A stretch of DNA of 64,000 bases, taken from positions 1 to 64,000 of the IMG/VR virus record IMGVR_UViG_3300021964_009390; one strand, given 5' to 3'. Below the pieces are notes generated by a model, which did no database searches, was not told where the DNA came from, and worked only from the letters and a program-made list of their open reading frames with translations. The position numbers and the translations under genes were made by a program. This document shows, piece after piece, positions 19,691 to 29,456 of the stretch (position 1 is its first letter; every line of letters starts with the position of its first letter).

Positions 19691-20535
19691 CCAAATCAGT
19701 TTATATAATTGGTGAGATAGGTATAAATCATAATGGTGACCTAGACATAGCCAAACGATTGATAGATATAGCTAGTTGCGCTGGGTTTGATGCGGTGAAG
19801 TTTCAGAAGAGGACACCGGATGTGTGTGTGCCCGACGCGCAAAAAAACGTTACTAGATCCACACCATGGGGTGACATGCCCTATATAGAGTATAAAAAAA
19901 GACTAGAATTTGGTAAACGTGAGTATAACAAAATCTCATCATATTGCCACGAAAAGGGTATAGACTGGTCCGCTAGTCCATGGGATTTAGACAGCGCTGA
20001 ATTTTTGTCACAATACAAACTACCATGGGTGAAAATTGCTAGCGCTAGTATGACGAATTTAGAGTTGTTACGCTACTGCGCCATCACATTTGACAAGATA
20101 ATACTTAGCACTGGTATGTGTACATATGAGCAAATAATAACTGCTGTTAAAAACTGCAAGAGGTACACAGACATATCAAACATAACACTGCTACACTGTA
20201 ACAGCAGTTACCCCACACCTGTCGATGAAATAAATTTAAATGTTATACATACATACAAAACAGATCCACAGCTTAAAGGTGTGTCTATAGGTTACAGTGG
20301 TCATGAATATGGACTAACAACCACAATAGCTACTACAGCTATGGGCGTTAGTTGTATAGAGAGGCACATCACTTTAGACAAAGGAATGTGGGGTAGTGAC
20401 CAACAATGCTCGTTAGAACCACATGCTATGTTCAAACTGGTACGTGGTATCAGAGAGTTAGAATCAGCAATGGGTAGCTATGATAAGTGTATAACTCCTA
20501 GTGAGCAGGAGAAAATAAAAACGTTGAGAGGTTAA
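19687..20535 (+). CDS. neuB: N-acetylneuraminate (nonulosonate) synthase, short form without the antifreeze-like domain
   Basis: IGEIGINHNGD, DAVKFQKR, LLHCNSSYP, GYSGHE, IERHITLD..WGSD. Confidence 0.92.
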   Translation: MTKSVYIIGEIGINHNGDLDIAKRLIDIASCAGFDAVKFQKRTPDVCVPDAQKNVTRSTPWGDMPYIEYKKRLEFGKREYNKISSYCHEKGIDWSASPWDLDSAEFLSQYKLPWVKIASASMTNLELLRYCAITFDKIILSTGMCTYEQIITAVKNCKRYTDISNITLLHCNSSYPTPVDEINLNVIHTYKTDPQLKGVSIGYSGHEYGLTTTIATTAMGVSCIERHITLDKGMWGSDQQCSLEPHAMFKLVRGIRELESAMGSYDKCITPSEQEKIKTLRG

Positions 20536-21308
20536 TGATACACGCTATAACATATTGCTCTAACCAGTATACTAAGCGCGCATGTTGGATATCTAAACAG
20601 TTCGAAGCCACTAATTATATAGATACATACAAGTGCTATACCCAGGCTGACCTGTCAACTAATTATATGGGGGAATTTCCAAGCAAATGGTTTTCAACAA
20701 CGAGTAAAGGTGGTGGATGGTGGGTATGGAAACCGTACATTATCAAGCATGCCATTGAACAAATCGACCGGAATGATGTGCTTATGTATATAGATTGTGG
20801 ATGTACGTTGAATAATACACCGGCTGCAACTGACCGGTTCAGTCAATATATTAATGCAATTGACGAATCAACAAGCAAGATGCTATTATTCGAGTTGCCC
20901 GAGTGTGTTGAAAAGGACTGGACTAATATGCACTGTATAAATACACTGAAGCAAAAGTATAATATAACAGATCAACGTATGAACGAATATATAAATAAAC
21001 CTCAACATGCTGCAACTACAACTATAATGAAACCTAGCGAGTTTACATACAATTTATGTGACGAATGGTTGAAGGTAGCAGTATATAAAAACGGTATATT
21101 ATTTTCTGAACAACATACACTTTCTGGTGAACGTCACCGGCATGATCAGTCATGTTTAAGCATGTTATACAAAATATATCAAGGGGATATAAGTATATCA
21201 AACGAAACATGGTTCGGTTCTCGAGGTTTCGGAACTAAAAAATCATTAAAGTATCCGATTTGGTCTACTAGACTTACCAAATACCACCCTAGGTTTGACA
21301 CCGCTTGA
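20535..21308 (+). CDS. Putative glycosyltransferase
   Basis: GGWWVWKPYII, MYIDCGC and RHRHDQSCLS motifs typical of viral GT-A-like proteins. Confidence 0.55.
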   Translation: MIHAITYCSNQYTKRACWISKQFEATNYIDTYKCYTQADLSTNYMGEFPSKWFSTTSKGGGWWVWKPYIIKHAIEQIDRNDVLMYIDCGCTLNNTPAATDRFSQYINAIDESTSKMLLFELPECVEKDWTNMHCINTLKQKYNITDQRMNEYINKPQHAATTTIMKPSEFTYNLCDEWLKVAVYKNGILFSEQHTLSGERHRHDQSCLSMLYKIYQGDISISNETWFGSRGFGTKKSLKYPIWSTRLTKYHPRFDTA

Positions 21309-21542
21309 TTTATACTACAGATATATAAATATACACATGGAAATAGATCGTATAGAGGTCAAAAAAATTATTGAACAAGAGGTAAAACCTAATGAAAATT
21401 TAATAGTATGGACAGATGCATATATACGAGGTATAAAAAAAACATTCGATGAGCAAAAATTAGTGTATAATGTGGAGTCAGAAGTTGCTAAACAACGTAT
21501 CATAACGTACGTTATGGAACGTCTAGAAAACGAACTCAGAGA

Positions 21543-21881
21543 ATGACAGTATGTTTTGACTTGGATGGTACAATATGCCATACCGATGAAACCCTTCCCA
21601 TACCCGAGAGATACTATCAATCAACTGTCGAACCGGTGATAAGAGATGTAATTCAAAGAATGTATCAACGTGGTCATACTATTATTATAGACACCGCTCG
21701 TGCTAGTTCTGCAACCGGTTTGAATAAATATTGGAAAAGGTACAGGATGAAATTAGTCACAATGAAACAACTAAAAGAATGGAAGGTTCCATACCACCGG
21801 TTGAGAGTGGGTGTGAAATTCCCGGCGGACTTATATATAGATGACAAAGCCACAACACCTGGAGTTTTTGAAAACAGATAG
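21543..21881 (+). CDS. HAD-family phosphatase (capsule-biosynthesis phosphatase-like)
   Basis: FDLDGTIC, TAR, KFPADLYIDDKA. Confidence 0.8.
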   Translation: MTVCFDLDGTICHTDETLPIPERYYQSTVEPVIRDVIQRMYQRGHTIIIDTARASSATGLNKYWKRYRMKLVTMKQLKEWKVPYHRLRVGVKFPADLYIDDKATTPGVFENR

Positions 21882-21888
21882 AGGTACA

Positions 21889-22548
21889 ATGAGCTTGAAA
21901 AATATTATTATACCGGCTCGAGCCGGTAGCAAAGGCTGGGTGCGCAAAAATTTGAAACTATTCACCCATACAGCGGATTCAATACCTGTACAATACCGAT
22001 CACGTGTGATTGTGTCTACAGACGATCTACAAATAGCTGCATTGAGTGAAGACGCCGGGTTCACTGTGCATAATAGGTCCGAAGAAACATCACAAGATGT
22101 ATCAGACACAAAATCAACAGTCACAGAAGTAATTGACAGTCTAGAGACTACACCTACTGACTTATTTGTCATGTTGTATCTAACATACCCAACAAGAACA
22201 TGGGACGATGTACAAGGTATGTACAACAAGTTCGTCTCAACAAAATGTTCTAGTATGCTGTGTCGACAACCAGTGAAAACACATCCGTACTTGGTGATGT
22301 ACCCGGGGGATCAAGACACTGGTGAACTGGTAATAAATCATCGAGCGTATCAACGACAGCAGTATCCTGAATGTTTTGAGATATCTCATTATATGTGCAT
22401 GTTTAGAGCTGGTGAGTTACCAAAATTAGGCCGGAACATGTACAACAAAAACACAAAATACTACCCGATCGAACGAGTTATCGATGTAGATAGCGAAACA
22501 GACTACAAAAATTTTACAAACATATATGAATCTGAAAATAGTAATTGA
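21889..22548 (+). CDS. neuA: CMP-nonulosonate synthetase (cytidylyltransferase)
   Basis: IIPARAGSKG..RKN, VSTDD, LYLTYPTR, IDVD. Confidence 0.88.
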   Translation: MSLKNIIIPARAGSKGWVRKNLKLFTHTADSIPVQYRSRVIVSTDDLQIAALSEDAGFTVHNRSEETSQDVSDTKSTVTEVIDSLETTPTDLFVMLYLTYPTRTWDDVQGMYNKFVSTKCSSMLCRQPVKTHPYLVMYPGDQDTGELVINHRAYQRQQYPECFEISHYMCMFRAGELPKLGRNMYNKNTKYYPIERVIDVDSETDYKNFTNIYESENSN

Positions 22549-23297
22549 GGAACGTGGTACAAAATCAATCCGAGCGACCATGTATATCACAGATACAAAC
22601 GCCAATATAGGTACACTATGGATGACACATGAAGAGTTTGAACAATTTCATGATATGTTAACGTTTGGTATGAACGAGACTTGTACATTAGAAGTAGAAG
22701 ATAACATATAGTGATGGACTCACATTTTGAAGTAATACTGGAAAGAGTAAAACAACTTTCCAATGTGACTAATCAGGTTGTATGGTTCGAACTATACAAC
22801 AGCGATTCAAAGACACCTTCAATGATATTGATAAACAAATCGAACACTATAGGACTAATAAATTTAACTTACAAAGGTAAGACCCCAATCCTCACTGGTT
22901 ATCTATTGGGTAAAAATGTATATGATGATTTAGTTGACACTACCATCGCATTTGATCAAGTACGCGATCATACAAAACAAACAACACCTGTACCCAAACT
23001 GATACAAAAGATAGTCAAATCTTAAGGTACGTATATAAAAGTACTAGTTACAGTGTTCCTTGGATGTACACAGGCTTTGAACACTTCTTGGTAACCTAAG
23101 TTCTTCAATCTGATAGATAATGGAAAATAAAATTCATGTTCTACATTGACTAAAATACTCAAGTTACCAGTGTCTAGTACCACGTATCTACAGAATTCTT
23201 CACAAAGCGCCATGGCTCTAGATTCTACATCGGTTATGTTACTATTGTCCATATAACTATTTAGTTTATTTCCGAAAATTAAAGAGTAAATAATCAC

Positions 23298-23834
23298 GTG
23301 AATATTGATACATTTGAACAAAGCATACTAGATGTGTCGGGAATCCGGCAACGTAATTTAATAGTTCCAGCGAAGCTGGCGGCTGAAAAACCAGACACAG
23401 GTGTGAAAATCTTGAAAAAAAGTGCATATTATGTTATAAAGGATTGCGCGAGTATAGCATGTCAGTATGTCACCTTGTTAGCATATGCCAGTTTATCAGA
23501 CCCTATCAAACAACTACAAGGAGCATTCACCCGTGAATCCGTAGAAGATTTCGTCAAAAGATCCAAAGAAGAACATCAAACTAACCAATTGCTCACGTTG
23601 ATATTCGCAGACATTAGCAAATTTGCACCACCCAAAGTCATAATAAACATAGACAAAGGACCGGAGTTTAATTTCAACAACGAAGATGGTCCGTACGGTG
23701 ATTATAATTACGATGGTTATTTGGATCCTGATGATTATGTAGAACATGACCCAGAGGTGGTGATAGAAAAAATTGACATGACAGATGACACTATAGTGAT
23801 ATCAAAATTGTTAGAAATATTTAAAATTAAATAA
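23298..23834 (+). CDS. Hypothetical protein
   Basis: 178-aa ORF with an acidic C-terminus. Confidence 0.55.
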   Translation: MNIDTFEQSILDVSGIRQRNLIVPAKLAAEKPDTGVKILKKSAYYVIKDCASIACQYVTLLAYASLSDPIKQLQGAFTRESVEDFVKRSKEEHQTNQLLTLIFADISKFAPPKVIINIDKGPEFNFNNEDGPYGDYNYDGYLDPDDYVEHDPEVVIEKIDMTDDTIVISKLLEIFKIK

Positions 23835-23853
23835 TTGGAGACTAAATAAACAT

Positions 23854-24033
23854 ATGAGTGAAACACATGAAAATATCTTAGAAGCAATTGATGCTTATCT
23901 AGAAGAAAACGCTAAATTTGAAGAAAAAGGTGTAAAAGCTGCCGCGACTAGGGCGCGTAAAGCTCTTATGGATCTTAAAAATTTGGCGCATGATCGGCGG
24001 AAAGAGATACAGGACAAGAAAAACTCCGGGTAA
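23854..24033 (+). CDS. Small basic histone H1-like/Hc1-type protein (59 aa); missing from the ORF track
   Basis: Translated by hand as MSETHENILEAIDAYLEENAKFEEKGVKAAATRARKALMDLKNLAHDRRKEIQDKKNSG; contains the KG.KAA.TRARKA motif. Confidence 0.75.
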   Translation: MSETHENILEAIDAYLEENAKFEEKGVKAAATRARKALMDLKNLAHDRRKEIQDKKNSG

Positions 24034-24036
24034 AGC

Positions 24037-24459
24037 ATGTTCACGTCTGATGCGCATGAAATTGTTCTCGTGTACGAGAGCATGAAAAATGCAAATCGGG
24101 TCAGCAAAGTAGTGATAGTAAACAACAACAAGATACTGTTGCTACAAAAAAACGGCTCTCTCAAATGGGAGTTACCAGGGGGGCATGTGGAGAGTGAAGA
24201 GAAGTTTTCACAAGCAGCTGTCCGTGAAGTCCGAGAGGAAACCGGTTACAAATTGGAATCTGATCGCTTGACCAAATTGCAGACTAGTGTAAATGACAAT
24301 GTCAAACAACGTGTTTACAGGTACACTGAGCTGGTCAAACACAAGCCACGTCTGAGCGATGAACATGTGGATTACGCTTGGGTTTCCCGGGATAAACTAG
24401 ATAAATACAAGCTATCACCATCTACAAACCATTTGGCTATACTGAGCAGTTACAACTAA
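24037..24459 (+). CDS. NUDIX hydrolase
   Basis: Nudix box WELPGGHVESEEKFSQAAVREVREETG. Confidence 0.92.
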   Translation: MFTSDAHEIVLVYESMKNANRVSKVVIVNNNKILLLQKNGSLKWELPGGHVESEEKFSQAAVREVREETGYKLESDRLTKLQTSVNDNVKQRVYRYTELVKHKPRLSDEHVDYAWVSRDKLDKYKLSPSTNHLAILSSYN

Positions 24460-24960
24460 TTGAAACCCCCTAATATAGGTGATATAGTCACCATACGTTT
24501 CGCTGGCATGACACGCATCGGTCCAGTGGTGGAAATTACCGGTACTGGTACTGACAAACGATGGGTGGTCAAAAGCAAAGGTATATTTTATCCATGTTTG
24601 ACTCTTGACACTAGCAAATTAAATTATATAATAGGATATACATAATGATATCGATAATGCCAGAACACGCTCCACCAGGTAGTAATATAGGTAAGCTATC
24701 ATTAGTTGTTGCAGAGGATGAACTGATTCAGTTTGACGCGGAAGATGCGATGGAAACCTTGACTGAATATGCGGACCTGATGATCAAGGACATAATGGAC
24801 CTGGAATTGATGAAATTGATCCCGGGAGAAATCACATTAGATTCACTCAACGTGGCATTAAACTTTATTGTAGTAAACGATTATTATGGTGATGAGGACC
24901 CGCACTGGACAAACACGTATCATAATTTAATACGTATAAAATTTATGTTGAATAAATAGT

Positions 24961-25908
24961 ATGAACGTAGCGTTTTTTGAAAATAAGTTGTCTGAACGAG
25001 GTACAACTACTAGTTTGTTTGATTATGCATACTACAACCAAAAAATATTAGGTAATAAATCGTATGTATTTTATTGTAAACAGCACCACGTGAACAACAA
25101 TGATCAGGTAATTGAAAAATTTAACAAACATTTTACAGTACATGGAGTTGTAGAGTTTGAAGAGGTAGATAGATATCTAACACATTACAATATCAATCAT
25201 ATCTATATAATTAAAGGTGGTGGTATCGATAACCAATTGAGTAGAGTTGCTAAAAATTGCATTCATTGTGTTTTTAACAGTAAACACCCACATGGTGATG
25301 TGTATAGTTCTATAGCTCCTTGGGTAAAAGGTAATAATAATAAATATCCTGTTGTTCCTCATATGATAAATTTACCAAAACATAATTTAAATATGCGTCA
25401 ACAATTAAATATTCCAAAAGAAGCAATTGTGTTTGGTGGTTATGGTGGCCGGGATAGTTTTAGTATTTCATTCGTTCATAATGTTGTATATGATATAGCA
25501 AAAAATAATTCAAATATATAATTTTTATTTGCGAATTTTAATAAATTTTGTAAAAGTTTGCCAAATATTATTCATTTACCTACTATAATAGATTTAAATG
25601 AAAAAGTTAAATTTATAAATAGTTGTGATGCTAATTTATGGGCACAAAAACATGGAGAAGTAATGAGTTTGTCTATGGGTGAATTTAGTATTAATAATAA
25701 ACCAATTATATGTAAAAATATAGGTAATCCCGGTCATGTTCATTTATTAAAAGATAAAGCAATTTGGTATAAAAATAAAAATGATTTAAAAAAGATTTTA
25801 TTAAATTTTAATCCTAAAATAGAAAGTCAAAAAGATTGGAATGCGTATAAAGAATATACCCCAAAAAAAGTAATGAAAATATTTAATGATGTATATTTAA
25901 ACTCATGA
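24961..25908 (+). pseudogene. AT-rich glycosyltransferase interrupted by one in-frame TAA at 25519-25521
   Basis: The two ORFs share a frame: KNNSNI*FLFANFNKFCKSLPNIIHL. The GT-B-like FGGYGG and GExxxLSxGEFS motifs lie on either side of the stop. Confidence 0.75.
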
Positions 25909-25953
25909 AATATCTGTTGCAAAAACAATAAACATAATATATCATATATATAT

Positions 25954-26400
25954 ATGAACATAAAACATACACTATATCTTATCGGTACTCTAGTAGCAAC
26001 TCATACATATGGTAACACTTGCCCGTTGATGCAAGGAGACACCGTCGACCCGGACGAGACCAGTGTTGTCGCTGGACAGACAATAGAGTTTTGTTGCGGG
26101 AGTTGTGTGAAAGCGTTTGATAACAATGTAGCTTACTACATAAAAGCGATCCCATCATTAGGCGAGCTGTTCACTGACGAACAAAAAAAGCAACTCAAGG
26201 TGTGTTGTGTAAAATTGTTACCTCAACGTTTCTGCCCGGTGTACCCGGATCGGATCATCAACCCAAAAAGTCCAAGCGTAGAATACAAAGGTACTAAAAT
26301 ATATTTGTGGAGCAGCTCCGCGGTACGACGGTGGAATCGTGACCCGGATCGATATTACAAGCAAGCTGTAGAAGCCGGCGTGTTACCGGGATCCAAGTGA
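25954..26400 (+). CDS. Secreted YHS-like metal-binding protein
   Basis: Signal-peptide-like N-terminus, CPLM..VDP, IEFCCGSC, and a second repeat FCPVYP..VEYKG.KIY. Confidence 0.6.
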   Translation: MNIKHTLYLIGTLVATHTYGNTCPLMQGDTVDPDETSVVAGQTIEFCCGSCVKAFDNNVAYYIKAIPSLGELFTDEQKKQLKVCCVKLLPQRFCPVYPDRIINPKSPSVEYKGTKIYLWSSSAVRRWNRDPDRYYKQAVEAGVLPGSK

Positions 26401-26747
26401 TCACCCGGTTCACGTTGCTGGTGTTACTTCTCACTGGATGTAACCACAGTAACACGTTGTCCCCTGGAGACACCAATGTATACCGTACAGCTAGCTATGA
26501 TTCTGAAATACAAGCGTTGCTCAGAACAGACGCAGATAACAAACGCTGGTCCCGGACGTATTTACATGAAATAGACACAGCGGTGAGAAACGATGACCAT
26601 GACGCGATTAAATTCTACGTATCCGAATATGAAAAAATACCAATGGATATAGTACCTCATCATTTGAGACATGAACCAGGCTATGTACAACCGGTAACAC
26701 CATTAGAAAAATTCTTTAGAATCACCATATTTTTACCAGCTGAGTAA
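26397..26747 (+). CDS. Putative lipoprotein
   Basis: Lipobox LLTGC. Confidence 0.5.
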   Translation: MITRFTLLVLLLTGCNHSNTLSPGDTNVYRTASYDSEIQALLRTDADNKRWSRTYLHEIDTAVRNDDHDAIKFYVSEYEKIPMDIVPHHLRHEPGYVQPVTPLEKFFRITIFLPAE

Positions 26748-26896
26748 ACCTAAATAAGTATGTGGATCAGGAAGGGCAAGAGTCGATTGAGCAACTCAAA
26801 AATCAATTGGACAAGCAAAGACAAGAAATACAGTGGTTACAATCTGAGCTCATGAGATATAAAATGTTATTGGAGGGTAAAGATGTGATGATGAAC

Positions 26897-27067
26897 TCAC
26901 TTCCGACCACTAGACCTGATGCGTGACGGTTCAATTTGTATTTTGTTATCTACAATTTTAATTTTAAAACCTTCCGGACTGACATTTTTATAATATTGTA
27001 AATAATGCTTCAAACGATTGAATTTAGGCGCTTCATCACCCTCTACATATTGTCTAAACGATTTCAC
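26897..27067 (-). CDS. Small late protein with MKSFRQYVE N-terminus (GTG start)
   Basis: TAAATA lies 5 nt upstream of the GTG at 27067 on the minus strand. Confidence 0.6.
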   Translation of the reverse strand: MKSFRQYVEGDEAPKFNRLKHYLQYYKNVSPEGFKIKIVDNKIQIEPSRIRSSGRK

Positions 27068-27102
27068 ATGTATATTTATCGACCCAAACAATAAATACTA
27101 TA

Positions 27103-28803
27103 GTGATAACATTCAAAGAGTATGCAAAAACATTACTGAACGAGGTCAAAGACACGCGTCGTAATCGGGAACAGATGATACAATCATACGGTTTGATGGA
27201 TCATGCACCCGAACATGTAGCTCAAGAACGAGCCAAAGAGTTGATAGACAAATTCACAAAATTAGAACCACTCATAGACCCTAATCATGACTATTTTGGT
27301 CTTCCGGGGAAAAAATACAATCCGAAAGATATATTCAGCTGGGCTAGATTATCCAAGGACATGGGGTATGACAAGCTAGAAGCGTTACAAAATTTTGAAG
27401 CGATGTTGATCGATCTAGGTAGAATGTCAGATCGGAAAGAACAAACAAAACTATCTGAAAAAGAATATGATGTATTAGTTGATAATGAACATGCTACTCT
27501 GTATCGCCCCAAGTCGATGGCCGCTAGCTGTAAACTAGGTGCAGGAACAAAATGGTGCACGGCTGCAACTAATAACAACCAATTTGATAGTTACATAGCA
27601 CGAGGTATTGTGTTGTTTTATGCTATAACCAAGCGGAAGAAGTATAACACAGCACAAGCTGTATGGCCACCACAACCCGCTGGGGCCGGTGGCCGTGCAC
27701 CTGGTAGTGATTTCAAGCCGGAGGAGAAATATGCAGTGGCCATGTACCCTGATGGCGAAACATTTGAATTTTTTGATTCTCAAGATTTTGCTATGGATAA
27801 ATCTGACTGGAAGGATGAATTCGCTGCTTTGGAGCTACCAACAGATTTAAATTTTTACAAGAAACATGGCCCATCACCCATATCCTTGCTCCGACAATCT
27901 GCTATTGACGCGCAATCCAAGTTGAGCGGTCAAGTGGCGCGTAGTGAGTTCGATGAAGAGACTAACTGGGAGTTGTTAAATGATGTGTTAGACAGGGTCA
28001 AGAGAATATTCAAGGACCAGGATCCGGAACAAATAGAACAGTTAAAAAAATATCGCGCGGACGAAGGCATGCCGGATGAAGTGTTTTTGATGGATGTGTT
28101 TGATAGCAACTCAATGGAATATTTCACAGACCAGGAATACAACCCACCTGGCAGCAACAACTGGGGCAACGCGCAATTCCAACAGGAGATAGTAAGAAAC
28201 GTCAAGCGATTGACATACTTGACCAAACAATTGAACGACCGTCAAGGATCCGAGGACGATGGTCGTGAGATGGATGACATAAATCGACTGCTATACGGTC
28301 CTAATGACAGTGAAGAGTCTCAAAACCGCATGCACATGTTGATTGGATATGTCGTCAAACACATGAACGGTTCTTGGCCGGAGCTAGAAAAGGCTCTTAT
28401 CGACATGTGGATGACCAATCATGCTTCTACAGACATGGTGGTCGCAGATGGTTACTCTGAACACTCACAACACCCGTTTCAAGACAGCATGATGTGGTTG
28501 AGACTGGTGATGAAATACAAAGATTACAACTGGCCGGAGCTAGAACAAGCTTTACATACACGTATCAAGCAAGTGTTGCATAAAAAACCAGATGATGAGA
28601 ACCTCACACGAGGATTGATAAGCATGGGTAAGTCATTCAACCTGTTGAGCAACATAGGTATCAAAACAACCGAGATGCTTGCTCATGTACCGGAGACAAA
28701 AAATCATCTGTTGAGGTATGCTGGTGGTGAGTGGGATATTGATGGACCACCTTTGACTGACCGAGCCGAGCGAGAGCTCAGATGGCGAAAAACTGGTAGA
28801 TAA
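27103..28803 (+). CDS. Large putative internal virion protein
   Basis: MITFKEY..LLNE N-terminus, ASCKLGAGTKWCTAA motif, late motif 5 nt upstream. Confidence 0.6.
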   Translation: MITFKEYAKTLLNEVKDTRRNREQMIQSYGLMDHAPEHVAQERAKELIDKFTKLEPLIDPNHDYFGLPGKKYNPKDIFSWARLSKDMGYDKLEALQNFEAMLIDLGRMSDRKEQTKLSEKEYDVLVDNEHATLYRPKSMAASCKLGAGTKWCTAATNNNQFDSYIARGIVLFYAITKRKKYNTAQAVWPPQPAGAGGRAPGSDFKPEEKYAVAMYPDGETFEFFDSQDFAMDKSDWKDEFAALELPTDLNFYKKHGPSPISLLRQSAIDAQSKLSGQVARSEFDEETNWELLNDVLDRVKRIFKDQDPEQIEQLKKYRADEGMPDEVFLMDVFDSNSMEYFTDQEYNPPGSNNWGNAQFQQEIVRNVKRLTYLTKQLNDRQGSEDDGREMDDINRLLYGPNDSEESQNRMHMLIGYVVKHMNGSWPELEKALIDMWMTNHASTDMVVADGYSEHSQHPFQDSMMWLRLVMKYKDYNWPELEQALHTRIKQVLHKKPDDENLTRGLISMGKSFNLLSNIGIKTTEMLAHVPETKNHLLRYAGGEWDIDGPPLTDRAERELRWRKTGR

Positions 28804-28814
28804 GCCGTGTAACC

Positions 28815-28840
28815 AAAAAAAAGCCCTCCGAAGAGGGCTT
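28815..28840 (-). terminator. Intrinsic terminator with cUUCGg tetraloop
   Basis: The minus strand reads AAGCCCTC-TTCG-GAGGGCTT-TTTTTT. Confidence 0.9.
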
Positions 28841-28863
28841 AGTCAATAGACTTCTTGATCTTG

Positions 28864-29103
28864 CTACTCTTGTTTGCCTCCTTTTTGCAGCAATGCGACC
28901 ACCAAAAGCAAGGTGATCACACCAGCAAGACTGGCACCTTCACCTACAAATCCATTTACTACAGATTGGAGGTTACCAATGACGTTAATACTAGCAGTTT
29001 CGCCAAAAACTACTTGCGCTACTACGAGAAGGCCGAGTACTGACAGAAGCACGGTCGTGACTCCACCAACTAGGCCCTTGATTGTTGATAATGTATCTTT
29101 CAT
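28864..29103 (-). CDS. Small two-TM membrane protein
   Basis: MKDTLSTIKGLVGG... with two hydrophobic helices; followed by a strong terminator. Confidence 0.7.
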   Translation of the reverse strand: MKDTLSTIKGLVGGVTTVLLSVLGLLVVAQVVFGETASINVIGNLQSVVNGFVGEGASLAGVITLLLVVALLQKGGKQE

Positions 29104-29160
29104 ATCCCCAATATTTATTCTAGACACTATCATTAGCAACTACTTTCAATAAATATACAT

Positions 29161-29439
29161 ATGTCTATCAAAACTTTCAAACAGTATGTGGAGATGCTCG
29201 CCCGGGACGCGAAAAAAGGAGACAAGATTAAAAACATTAATCCTGACTGTGAACATCATGGGTCTGAAGGTGAAATAGAAGATGTGGTTGACTTACCAGA
29301 AAAAGGATCAAAACAAGTAAAGAGCAAGCACAACATGCCAGGTAAGCTAATCAAATATAAAGTTTCTAATACCGATGGTAAAAATTATGATTCTGGTGAC
29401 ACGTTATACAAGGACCCGAGTCAACTTAAAAAACGCTAG
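29161..29439 (+). CDS. Putative virion protein (IKTFKQYVE N-terminus)
   Basis: N-terminal motif plus TAAATA 5 nt upstream. Confidence 0.6.
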   Translation: MSIKTFKQYVEMLARDAKKGDKIKNINPDCEHHGSEGEIEDVVDLPEKGSKQVKSKHNMPGKLIKYKVSNTDGKNYDSGDTLYKDPSQLKKR

Positions 29440-29456
29440 ACTTGTAGTCTATATAA

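Noticed and set aside
25519-25521. Stop-codon reassignment (alternative genetic code)
   Set aside because: This is the only in-frame stop seen in an otherwise intact gene. TAA, TAG and TGA all terminate well-conserved genes, and coding density is high under code 11.
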